DNA of 64,000 bases from an uncultured Spirochaetota bacterium (lineage in GTDB: Bacteria; Spirochaetota; Spirochaetia; SZUA-6; Fen-1364), in the NCBI GenBank assembly GCA_963820525.1, contig CAWGAA010000001.1, positions 2,880,001-2,944,000 of the forward strand, in the 5' to 3' direction. Positions 18,645 to 27,799 of this stretch are shown here, one piece after another. The notes under the pieces were generated by a model that made no database searches, was not told where the DNA came from, and saw only the letters and a program-made list of their open reading frames with translations. Position 1 is the stretch's first letter. Each line of letters begins with the position of its first letter. The translations under genes and the position numbers were made by a program.

Positions 18645-19658
18645 CTAACCGATGTCGGCGGGGCCGGAAAGTGCGCGTGTAAGAAGCTTTATAGCGCCCA
18701 TGACATCCGAGAAGTCGATGAGCTCCGAAGGTGTATGGACATTACGGCAGGGGATTGAAATGCAGCCTGCCGGCACGCCGGAGCGCGAGGTCTGGATGGC
18801 GCGCGCGTCGGTTGTCCCGGTCTCGAGGACTTCCAGCTGATAGGGAATCGCCGCCTGCTCCGCGGTTCTCACCAGCCAGTTCTTCACTCCGAGATGGGAG
18901 AGCATGCCCCCATCCTTCACCTTGATCGCGGGCCCTGCTCCGAGGCTCACTGCCATGGGCGGAGACTCCGGGGTGTCGCCGGTGTCCGTGACGTCGACCG
19001 CGATGGCGATCTCGGGATCCACGCCGTAGCCGGACGTCGTGGCTCCTCTCAGCCCCACCTCCTCCTGCACGGTGAAGACGAAGGAGATCTCATGGGGCGA
19101 ACCTGAAAGCCCGCGGAGAGTCTCGATGAGGACGGCGCACCCGATGCGGTCGTCCATCGCCTTGGAGGTCATGCGGTCTCCCACGGCCTCGAAGCCTCGA
19201 AGAAAGCAGGCGGTGTCTCCGACTTTGACGGGGCAGGAAGCCTTGTCCTTTGCGCCGACGTCGATGAAGAACTTGTCCAGTCCGGGGACCTTTGCCTTGT
19301 CCTCGAGCTTCTCCAGGCCGATGACGCCAACCAAGCCGCTGGAAAAGAGGACCCTCCCCCCCAGCAGGCTCAGGGATCTGATCCCACCGAGGTCCCCAAT
19401 TCGGAGAAAACCCTTCTCATCAACGTGCGTGACCACCACCCCGATCTCGTCCATGTGCGCGGCCACCATCACGCGTCGGCCTTTTCCCCCGCCAGGAAGC
19501 CGAAGGATGAGATTGCCCAGGGGGTCGACCCGCAGCTCGGCCCCCGTGCGCTTTAAAACCCCCGTCTGCTCGATCTCCCGACGGATCAGCTCACGCACGG
19601 CGCCCTCGCTCCCGGACGGCCCGTATGCTTCGGTCAGCTTCTTGATGAGGTCTTTCAC
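18645..19658 (-). CDS. M42 family metallopeptidase (3rd of three)
   Basis: AAHMDEIG, KAMDDRIG, VQEEVGLRG, AVDVT, NVHT. Confidence 0.92.
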   Translation of the reverse strand: MKDLIKKLTEAYGPSGSEGAVRELIRREIEQTGVLKRTGAELRVDPLGNLILRLPGGGKGRRVMVAAHMDEIGVVVTHVDEKGFLRIGDLGGIRSLSLLGGRVLFSSGLVGVIGLEKLEDKAKVPGLDKFFIDVGAKDKASCPVKVGDTACFLRGFEAVGDRMTSKAMDDRIGCAVLIETLRGLSGSPHEISFVFTVQEEVGLRGATTSGYGVDPEIAIAVDVTDTGDTPESPPMAVSLGAGPAIKVKDGGMLSHLGVKNWLVRTAEQAAIPYQLEVLETGTTDARAIQTSRSGVPAGCISIPCRNVHTPSELIDFSDVMGAIKLLTRALSGPADIG

Positions 19659-20704
19659 GTGGCGCTCCTTGCGATCCCGGCCGCGGGCAGGCGCAAAAGC
19701 GCTTCACGAACCAGGGTGAGAGTGTTTTGGAAATCGGCGAGGTTCATGATTGCCGAAGGAGAGTGAATATAGCGGCATGGCACAGCCACGGTGACCGATG
19801 GCACACCTCCGCGGGATTTCGCGATTTCTCCGGCATCAGTTCCGCCGATGTTCGGCTGCTTGAACTGGTAGGGAAGGGTGAGCTCCTCCGCCGTGCGCGC
19901 CAGGAGGTCCACGAGCCGCCTGTCCGCGATGAACGAGCGGTCCATGACCGTGATGGCGGGGCCGAAGCCAAGCCGCGTTGACGGGTTGAGATCCTTTTTC
20001 ACGGGGATCTCATTGGCGCCCGTGCATTCGAGAACGAAAGCGAAATCCGCCGCTTCCGCGTATGCGGCTACGCGCGCCCCCCTCAGCCCGACCTCCTCCT
20101 GGACCGTGAAGGCTGCGGAAAGCTCGAAGGGGAAGCGGGCGGCAAGAAGCTCGACAAGAATCGCGCAGCCCGCCCGGTCATCGAGGGCTTTTCCCTGGAT
20201 CGCCCGCCATTCCCCGGTTCCGGAAAGCTCCAGGAACTCGGAGGCGAACACGGCGTAGTCTCCGCGCTGCACGAGCCTCTCCGCCTCAGCCTTGCTCGAA
20301 GCGCCGATGTCGATGGCGAGCTGTTTTGAAGCCACCACCTGGTCCCTTTCCCCTTTTTCAATGAGGTGCACGGGCTTGAAGGCAATGACTCCCGGAACCC
20401 GCTTGTCTCCGATCAGGACCGCCTTGCCCGCAAGGATGCGGTCGTCGATTCCACCCACCTTGGAGAAGCGAAGCTGCCCGCCGTCCTCGACCTGGCTCAC
20501 CATGAGCCCGATCTCGTCCATATGAGCCGCCACGAGCACGCGAAGAGCGGACTTTCCCGTTCCCCGCTTTCTCGCGATGAGGTTGCCCATGGCGTCGATG
20601 CGGCACTCGTCCACGCGGCCCTTGATGGCCTCCAGGATGACACCGCGCGCCTCCTCCTCGTGGCCGGAGACTCCGAACGCCTCGGACAGCCTCTTCAGCA
20701 TCAT
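19655..20704 (-). CDS. M42 family metallopeptidase (2nd of three)
   Basis: AAHMDEIG, KALDDRAG, VQEEVGLRG, VLECT, YIHS. Confidence 0.92.
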   Translation of the reverse strand: MMLKRLSEAFGVSGHEEEARGVILEAIKGRVDECRIDAMGNLIARKRGTGKSALRVLVAAHMDEIGLMVSQVEDGGQLRFSKVGGIDDRILAGKAVLIGDKRVPGVIAFKPVHLIEKGERDQVVASKQLAIDIGASSKAEAERLVQRGDYAVFASEFLELSGTGEWRAIQGKALDDRAGCAILVELLAARFPFELSAAFTVQEEVGLRGARVAAYAEAADFAFVLECTGANEIPVKKDLNPSTRLGFGPAITVMDRSFIADRRLVDLLARTAEELTLPYQFKQPNIGGTDAGEIAKSRGGVPSVTVAVPCRYIHSPSAIMNLADFQNTLTLVREALLRLPAAGIARSAT

Positions 20705-21808
20705 GGCGTGCCCTTCTCCCTGCCGCTCTTGGGCGCGAGGGCATCCGCGACGGCGAGCGATTCGGAAAAAGCGGAGTCCAGACGCGTGATGAGCTCCGCA
20801 AGGAGCTTACCCGCGCGCTCGATGTCGCGCAGGGCAATGGTTTCAACCGCCGTGTGCATATTCCTCACCGGGATGCCGACAAGCCCCGTGGGGATCCCCG
20901 ACCTGCTCACCTGGATTGCCCAGGCATCGGTTGCCGAGTTTCCGGGAATGGGCTCGAGCTGGTAGGGAAGCTCGCCGGACTTGGCCGCCTCGACGAGGCG
21001 GTCGAACACGCGGGGATGTATGTTGGGGCCGAGGGAGATGGTGGGCACCTCCATCCATCTTCGCCGCCTCGGGTCCGGCGACGCCGGGCTGTTGGCCGAA
21101 GGTCACGTCCACCGCGACGGCCACCGTGGGCTCGAGATGGAAGGCGCCGGTGACGGCGCCCACTCCCGTTACCTCTTCCTGCACGGTGGCGACGGCATAC
21201 ACGTCCCAGGAGTGCCTCCGGCGGCCGAGCTCCTCCATGCAGAAAAGGACCGCCGTAATGCCTGCCCGATCGTCCAGGGACTTGGAGAACGCGAATCCCC
21301 CGGCAAGGGCGGTGTAGCGCGCCCGCAGCGTGATGACGTCTCCAACCTTCACCAGGGAATCCACGTCCGAGGGTGGGAGGCCGATGTCCACGAAGAGCTT
21401 GTCGGGGGGCACGGGCTTCTCGCGCTCCGCGGCCTCCGTGAAATGGGGAGGAACGCTCACGATCAGGCCGGGAAGCTCCCGCCGCCCATGGACCGTTACT
21501 GCCTGGCCCAGGAGGATCCTCGGATCGAAGCCGCCGATGGGGGAGATCCTGATGAATCCCTTTTCGATGAACGAGACCATGAGGGCTATCTCGTCCATGT
21601 GGGCGGCCAGCATCACGGAAGGCCGTCTTTCATCGCCTGAAGCGTGGCCCTCGCCCCGCTTGAGAGCGATGAGGTTTCCCATGGCATCGATTCGGATTTC
21701 ATCGGAGAAAGCGGAGAGCCTCTCCGCGACAAGCTCGCGGACCTCCGTCTCGTAGCCGGAGGGACCCCGGGCTTCCGTGAGCTCCTTCAGGACCTCGGCG
21801 ATGTCCAT
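20701..21808 (-). pseudogene. M42 family metallopeptidase (1st of three), +1 frameshift near 21046-21050 (real or sequencing error)
   Basis: N-part AAHMDEI..KSLDDRAG..VQEEV..AVDVT in one frame; C-part PTISLGPNIH..TDA..NMHT in the next. Confidence 0.85.
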
Positions 21809-21908
21809 CGAGAAAGGATACCATCGGCCGGCCGGAGAGGGAAAGAGGCCGTCGTAAGGCGGGCCGGGTCCGCTTCACGGGAGTTTCTCGAACGCGCCCT
21901 CGACCGCT

Positions 21909-22536
21909 TCAGGCGTGTTTGTCGGATACCCCGGCGGCCGCCTGCCGTCCCGCGGCGTGAGACCTGATAGAGCGGACCACGCTGTCTTCTTCATTGGATG
22001 CGATGATCTCGTTCGCGAGGCTCTTGATGCTGTCTTTCGCGTTGGCGGTCGCGATTCCGAGATCCGCCATCGCGATCATGCCCGCATCGTTCACGTCGTC
22101 CCCGAAGACGACGAGCCGTGAGCGTTCAAGGCCGCGCCGCTCGATGACGGTAAAGCAGACCATCCGGTTGGAGGGCTCGCGCAGCACGGCGTCGAGGTCA
22201 CCCACTTTTCGAAGCCGCTCGTCGCGGTAGATCCGGCGCTCCTCGCGGTAGGCCTTCATCCCGTCGTTTGCGATCCGCTCGTGATACACCAGATCGCGCT
22301 CGCCCGTGCCCGTTCGATAATCCGAAACAAAGGCGCCGTTTCCTTCCACCACGGGAAGGCGGGAAGGGAATGTCGCCCAGGAGCGGCTTCATCGAGGCAA
22401 TGCTTCGCGCGCTCGCCACGGTGATCTGCACCCCTTCCTCCAGCAAAGCGATGAGCTCGCGGCGCGAATAGTCGGAAAGCGACGCGTCGTTTCGAAGGAG
22501 TGTGCCGTCGAGGTCGGATATATAGAGCGTATCCAT
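21909..22536 (-). pseudogene. Degraded Cof-type HAD hydrolase
   Basis: ISDLDGTLL, ASAR, NGA, VFGD..ND; frameshift near 22362 and missing internal segments. Confidence 0.8.
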
Positions 22537-22602
22537 GGGGTGGCTAGACAGTAGCCATGCGCGCCGGCAATGGCAAGCTCCACATCGACGGTGAACGCGG
22601 CA

Positions 22603-22634
22603 GAAAAAAACGCCCGCCGGATTCACGGCGGGCG
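22603..22634 (-). terminator. Rho-independent terminator
   Basis: CGCCCGCCG-6nt-CGGCGGGCG followed by T7 on the minus strand, downstream of 22664..23701. Confidence 0.8.
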
Positions 22635-22663
22635 CTGAAAGCGAAGATAAGGGGAGCGAGCGG

Positions 22664-23701
22664 CTACAGCTGGAACCTCAAGCCGACCGAACCGCCCCAG
22701 GAGTTGCTCGTGAAATTATACATGCCGGTGAGATCGATCTTGATCACGGCGAGGTTCAGCGAAAGTCCGCCGTATGCGCGGAAAGCCCAACCGGGGATCG
22801 AAGACTTCTCGACGATGATACCCTGGCTGTTCAACTGCGAAGGAACGGGCTGGCCGGCGGCCTGGAAGGCCGCAATGATCGCGTTCAGCGTGGTCTGATC
22901 GATCGGACTGCCGTCATAGAGCACCTGGGAGGTCAAACCACCACCCGCCGTGGAGGTTCCGTATGCCGCCCCCATACCGAGGTAGGGAGTGAAGATGAGG
23001 AGGCTCTTGCTGATCTGTGCCTTCACGTCGATGACGTTGGTGGTCCATTTGAAGTTGAGAGCAGGGTTGGAAAGGGCGAGAGTGTGGCCGGTTGTTCCAG
23101 GCACCGATGTGATGGGAATATCGCCTGAATATACCTTCGGGATCGCCACGGTGCCCTGCATGAAGGTATACCCGAGTCCGATGGAAACCGCCGGAAGGAC
23201 CACGTTCTCCTGCAGCAGGGCGTAGCGGACATCCGCGCCCAGGAGGAGATAATCCACGTTGACGCCGATGCCGAGCTGCTTCAGGGCATCCGGCCAGAGG
23301 TAGCCCACCTTCACTCCGACATCGAAGGGGAGGATGAACCCACCGATCCGCGCATCCACCGTATAAGCGGGCACGGGAAATCCAAAATTCTCAATATACT
23401 TGGCTTCGGGGGGAAGCGAGAGGCTGGGGAGTTTATCAATCACCTGCTTGACGGCGGCGAAAGGAATGGTCGTGAACCCCGTGGTGAGACCTATCCCGAA
23501 ATGCGGGGGGGTGCCAAGGAGCTGCCCGATGTAGGCATCCGACCAGTTCAAGCCGATCAGTGCATTGAAAGGCAAAGCGTTCGCGACATCGGTAGCGAAT
23601 TGATCGAAAGAAGATTGCATTGCTGTAAAATCCACTGATTGCGCAAATGCGCCGAATGCAATGACAAAGAGGACTACGAGGATGCATAGGATACGTTTCA
23701 T
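22664..23701 (-). CDS. Putative outer-membrane/surface beta-strand protein (spirochaete conserved hypothetical type)
   Basis: Signal peptide ending AFA, alternating beta-strand pattern, C-terminus GLRFQL; GGAGG RBS. Confidence 0.65.
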   Translation of the reverse strand: MKRILCILVVLFVIAFGAFAQSVDFTAMQSSFDQFATDVANALPFNALIGLNWSDAYIGQLLGTPPHFGIGLTTGFTTIPFAAVKQVIDKLPSLSLPPEAKYIENFGFPVPAYTVDARIGGFILPFDVGVKVGYLWPDALKQLGIGVNVDYLLLGADVRYALLQENVVLPAVSIGLGYTFMQGTVAIPKVYSGDIPITSVPGTTGHTLALSNPALNFKWTTNVIDVKAQISKSLLIFTPYLGMGAAYGTSTAGGGLTSQVLYDGSPIDQTTLNAIIAAFQAAGQPVPSQLNSQGIIVEKSSIPGWAFRAYGGLSLNLAVIKIDLTGMYNFTSNSWGGSVGLRFQL

Positions 23702-23813
23702 AGCCACCTCCGAACCTTAAAGATACCACTAGTATGAATAGTTTTCCTTTTGCGCGCCATCTAGCAAGAGGGCCTCCGCAAGCGCCTGCGCCGCACCGCC
23801 GTTTACCGAAGGG

Positions 23814-24791
23814 TCAATCAAGGATGCATGCCGAGAAGTGCCCCGTGGATATTTCCTTCAGGGGAGGCCGCGCGGCGCTGCACTTCGGCATGGCGAAGGG
23901 GCAGCGGGGGTGGAAATGACAACCCGGGGGAGGGTCGATTGCGCTGGGGATCTCCCCGCGGGGGGGCTCCTTCCTGTCCCTCCGCGTGGGGTCGGGAACG
24001 GGAACCGCCGCGAGGAGCGCCTTGGCATAGGGATGGTGCGGCCGGGTGAAAAGCTCATCCCGCGAGGCGATCTCCATGATCCTTCCCAGGTACATCACGG
24101 CTATCCTGTCGCAGAGATATTTCGCAGTGGCGAGGTCGTGCGTGATGAAGAGGTAGGTGAGCCCCAGCTCCTCCTTCAGCCGCCTCATGAGCTGGAGGAT
24201 GAGGGCCCGCACCGAGACGTCCGCCATGGCGATGGGCTCGTCGGCCACGATGAAATCGGGACTGGTCACGAGCGCTCTGGCCATCACGACCCTCTGGCTT
24301 TGACCTCCAGAGAGCTGATGCGGGTACTTTCTGTAGAGAAACTCAGGCGGTGAAAGCCCCACCTTCTCCATGAGGGCAAGGACCCTCTCTTTCCTCTCCC
24401 TGGGCGTTCCCATCCCATGGATCTGAAGCGGGTGGCTGATGGCCTGGCCCACGCTCATACGGGGGCTCAGGGAAGAGTTGGGGTCCTGGAAGATGATCTG
24501 CGCCTTGGCCCGAAGCTTCTCCATCTCTCTCGGGGAAAAGCTCGTGATAGCCCTGCCCCGGTATTCCACCTTTCCCGAGGTCGGCTCGATGAGCCTGAGG
24601 AGCAGCCGCCCCGTGGTTGACTTGCCGGAGCCGCTTTCTCCCGCAAGCCCGAGGACCTCCCCCTCCGCGATGTCGAAGCTCACTCCGTCCACCGCGTGGA
24701 CGCGCTTTGCCTGCCGGGAAAAAAGCTCGAAGATGGACCCCCGCAGGGGGAACTCCTTCACCAGATCGACAGCACGCACCAGCGCCGCCAT
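23814..24791 (-). CDS. Oligopeptide/dipeptide ABC ATP-binding protein (OppF/DppF)
   Basis: GESGSGKS, LSGGQ, DEP, C-terminal GCHFHPRCP. Confidence 0.93.
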   Translation of the reverse strand: MAALVRAVDLVKEFPLRGSIFELFSRQAKRVHAVDGVSFDIAEGEVLGLAGESGSGKSTTGRLLLRLIEPTSGKVEYRGRAITSFSPREMEKLRAKAQIIFQDPNSSLSPRMSVGQAISHPLQIHGMGTPRERKERVLALMEKVGLSPPEFLYRKYPHQLSGGQSQRVVMARALVTSPDFIVADEPIAMADVSVRALILQLMRRLKEELGLTYLFITHDLATAKYLCDRIAVMYLGRIMEIASRDELFTRPHHPYAKALLAAVPVPDPTRRDRKEPPRGEIPSAIDPPPGCHFHPRCPFAMPKCSAARPPLKEISTGHFSACILD

Positions 24792-24792
24792 C

Positions 24793-25776
24793 CTATGCTC
24801 CCTTCTCATACAACCAGCAGGCGGCGCTGTGCCCGCTGCCGTAGTCCTTCAGGGCCGGGCTATCGGACCTGCACCTCTCCATCACGAACGGGCACCGGGG
24901 CGCGAACGGGCAGCCCTGGGGCGGGTCCACCAGGTCCGGGGGACTTCCCGGCATCGTGGCAAGCTCCTTCTGGTCCAGAAGGATGTTGGGCACGCACCTG
25001 ATGAGGCCCTGGGTATAGGGGTGGAGGGGATGAGCAAAGATCTCTTCGGCGGATGCGACCTCCACGATTTTGCCCCCGTACATCACCGCGATCCTGTCCG
25101 TCACCTGCGCCACCAGCCCGAGGTTGTGCGTGATGAGGATAAGGGAGAGGGAGTACAGGGAGCGCAGCCCGGCGAGGAGCTTCGTGAAACCCGCCTCTAC
25201 GATTACGTCGAGGGAGGTGGTGGGCTCATCCGCGATCAGGATGTCCGGGTTCATGATCAGCGCCAGGCCGATCATCACCCTCTGGCGCATTCCGCCGGAG
25301 AGCTGATGGGGGTACTCCTTCAGGCGCTTCTCCTCGATTCCCAGGGTCGTGAGGAGCTTTCTCACCGCCTCCAGGGCTTTCTCCCTGGGCAGGGAGGGCT
25401 CGTGGTAGTGGATCGTCTCCAGGAAATGCCTCTCTATCGTAAAAAGCGGGTTCAGAGACGTGAGAGGATTCTGGAATATCATGGCGATGTTTTGGCCGCG
25501 CAGGCGCAGGAGCGAGCGCTCGTCCATGGACAGGATGTCGGTCCCCTTGTAGAGGATCCGTCCCGCAGCAACCCTTCCCGGGGGCCTCATGAGCTTCAGG
25601 ATGGCGAGCCCGAGGGTCGATTTCCCGCACCCGGATTCTCCCACCAGGCCGAGCGATTCGCCCTTGGAAAGCGTGATGGAAACGTCCCGCACCGCCTGGA
25701 CCGTCCCGATGGAGATGGGATAGGCGATCGAGAGATTTTCCACCGCGAGAATCGGCTCTTGCCCGAGGTGTGCCAT
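24793..25776 (-). CDS. Oligopeptide/dipeptide ABC ATP-binding protein (OppD/DppD)
   Basis: GESGCGKS, YPHQLSGGMRQR, DEPTT, GCPFAPRCP. Confidence 0.93.
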   Translation of the reverse strand: MAHLGQEPILAVENLSIAYPISIGTVQAVRDVSITLSKGESLGLVGESGCGKSTLGLAILKLMRPPGRVAAGRILYKGTDILSMDERSLLRLRGQNIAMIFQNPLTSLNPLFTIERHFLETIHYHEPSLPREKALEAVRKLLTTLGIEEKRLKEYPHQLSGGMRQRVMIGLALIMNPDILIADEPTTSLDVIVEAGFTKLLAGLRSLYSLSLILITHNLGLVAQVTDRIAVMYGGKIVEVASAEEIFAHPLHPYTQGLIRCVPNILLDQKELATMPGSPPDLVDPPQGCPFAPRCPFVMERCRSDSPALKDYGSGHSAACWLYEKGA

Positions 25777-25781
25777 GCTCT

Positions 25782-26723
25782 TCAGCGCTCCAGGAGCCGG
25801 GGGTTCAGGATCTCCGCCAATCCCTCGCCCAGCATCGTGAATCCGAGGGCGAGGAGCATGACCATGAGGCCCGGGAAGGTGATCATCCACCATACTCCCG
25901 AGGGGAGGAACTTCTTTCCCATCGAAAGGTCCATTCCCCAGTCGGGAATGCCGGCGGGAAGGCCCAACCCGATGTAGGAGAGGGCAGCCTCGGTCATGAT
26001 GGCGTCCGCGATGTTCACGGAGAGCACCACGACCACGGTGGCGATGACGTTGGGAAAGATATAGCGACCCAGGATCGTGGCCCGCCGCGCCCCGATTGCC
26101 CTGGCCGCCTCGACGTACACCTCTTCCTTTATCGAGAGGGTCTGGCCCCGGACCAGCCGGAAGTAGGTGGGAATATAGATCACCGCCACGGCGAGGGTGA
26201 TATTGATCACCCCGGGGCCGAGCATTGCGGCGAACGCGATGGCCAGGATCAGGCCGGGGAAGGAATACACCGAGTCCATCACCAGGGAGAGGACCCTGTC
26301 GAACACTCCGCCTGCAAACCCGGAAAGAAGCCCCAGGGGGATGCCGACGATTGCGGAGAGCAAGGCCGCCGCGATCGCGACGCCGAGGATGGTGCGCGCG
26401 CCGTAGACGACTCGCGCCCAGACATCGCGGCTCAAGTTGTCGGTGCCCATGATGTGAGCGGCGCTGGGCGGGGTCATCTGCCCCCCGGCGTTCTGGTCTT
26501 CGGGGTTGTAGCGCGTGAAGACCGTGGGAAACACCGTCATGGCGACGATCAGGACTATCACCAGGATGCCGGCGATCATGATCCACCATTCGGCGTGATA
26601 CTTCCTGCGGGAAGAGGAAAACCAGCCCAGGAGCGCCGCGGCGGCACCGGCGGGTGAGAACCGGGCCGCCTTTACTGCGTGAGACCCACGGGCAGCGATC
26701 GGCGTTCGTCGTTCGTCGTTCAT
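25782..26723 (-). CDS. Peptide ABC permease (OppC/DppC)
   Basis: HIMGTDNL.RD, YVEAARAIGA, EAALSYIGLG. Confidence 0.92.
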   Translation of the reverse strand: MNDERRTPIAARGSHAVKAARFSPAGAAAALLGWFSSSRRKYHAEWWIMIAGILVIVLIVAMTVFPTVFTRYNPEDQNAGGQMTPPSAAHIMGTDNLSRDVWARVVYGARTILGVAIAAALLSAIVGIPLGLLSGFAGGVFDRVLSLVMDSVYSFPGLILAIAFAAMLGPGVINITLAVAVIYIPTYFRLVRGQTLSIKEEVYVEAARAIGARRATILGRYIFPNVIATVVVVLSVNIADAIMTEAALSYIGLGLPAGIPDWGMDLSMGKKFLPSGVWWMITFPGLMVMLLALGFTMLGEGLAEILNPRLLER

Positions 26724-26734
26724 GCCGCTTCCCT

Positions 26735-27751
26735 TCAGTACTTTACCCGCGGATCGATGACCGCGTAGATCGAATCGACGACAAGCGAGACCAGGCTTAC
26801 CAGCAGGGCGTAGACCACGATGACGCCCTGGATGGTTGGATAGTCGCGAAGATAGATGCGCTCCACAAGCAGGCGCCCCATTCCCGGCCACGAGAAGGTG
26901 CTCTCCGTGAGGATTGCCCCGGCGAGGAGGAGGCTGAACTGCAGGCCGAGCATCGTGACGATGGGGATCAGGGCGTTTCGAAGCCCATGGCTGTAGACGA
27001 CCGTGCGCTCGGGGATGCCGCGGGCGCGCGCCGCCAGGATGTAGTCGGCTTTCAACACATCGAGCATGTTGGCCCTGGTCAGCCGCACGAAGATGCCCGA
27101 GAGCACGATCCCGAGGGTGAAGCAGGGCAGAACGAGGTGCCACAGAACGTCGCCCAGGGCGGGTATGTTTCCGATCAGGAGGGTGTCAATGATGTATAAG
27201 CCCGTCTTCGAAAAGGCGGATGACTCGATGCGCGGGCTGGTCCGGCCGGCGATGGGGAAGAGCCGCAGCCACACGCCGAAGACGAGCTGCAGCATGAGTC
27301 CCATCCAGAAAACGGGGATGCAGTAGGCGACGTTTGCGTACAGCCTGATCCCGAAGTCCCTGCCCGTTCTCCTTCGGTTCGCGGCGTATGCCCCGAGGGG
27401 AATGCCGATGCCGAGACTGACTAAAAGGCCGAAAAAGGTGAGCTCGAGGGTGGCGGGCAATCTTTCTCGCACCGCCTGGCTGACCCGCTGGTTGAAAATC
27501 ATCGAGTCCCCGAGGTCCAGTCGGGCGAGCTGGCCCAGGTAATCGACGTATTGGATCAGAAGAGGCTTGTCGAGCCCCAGAGCCTTCTTCTTTTCATCTA
27601 TGACCTTCTGGGGAGCGTGACCCCCCAGCATGGCGGATACTGGGTCTCCGGGCATGATGCGAAGCACCACGAAAAGGAGGGTCACGAGAATGAAGACCAT
27701 TGGGATCGCAAAGAGGAGACGCGTCAGGATGTAGCGGGCAAGGTGTCTCAT
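26735..27751 (-). CDS. Peptide ABC permease (OppB/DppB)
   Basis: PGDP, RLPATLEL, DYILAARARG, HGLRNALIP, TFSWPGMG, RDYP. Confidence 0.93.
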   Translation of the reverse strand: MRHLARYILTRLLFAIPMVFILVTLLFVVLRIMPGDPVSAMLGGHAPQKVIDEKKKALGLDKPLLIQYVDYLGQLARLDLGDSMIFNQRVSQAVRERLPATLELTFFGLLVSLGIGIPLGAYAANRRRTGRDFGIRLYANVAYCIPVFWMGLMLQLVFGVWLRLFPIAGRTSPRIESSAFSKTGLYIIDTLLIGNIPALGDVLWHLVLPCFTLGIVLSGIFVRLTRANMLDVLKADYILAARARGIPERTVVYSHGLRNALIPIVTMLGLQFSLLLAGAILTESTFSWPGMGRLLVERIYLRDYPTIQGVIVVYALLVSLVSLVVDSIYAVIDPRVKY

Positions 27752-27760
27752 GGAAAAGGA

Positions 27761-27788
27761 TCTCCGGGCTCCCGAGGGAGCCCGGAGA
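27761..27788 (-). terminator. Intra-operon hairpin between the SBP and permease genes
   Basis: Perfect 12-bp stem TCTCCGGGCTCC/GGAGCCCGGAGA followed by TCCTTTT on the minus strand. Confidence 0.7.
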
Positions 27789-27799
27789 CTGATGCGCTC

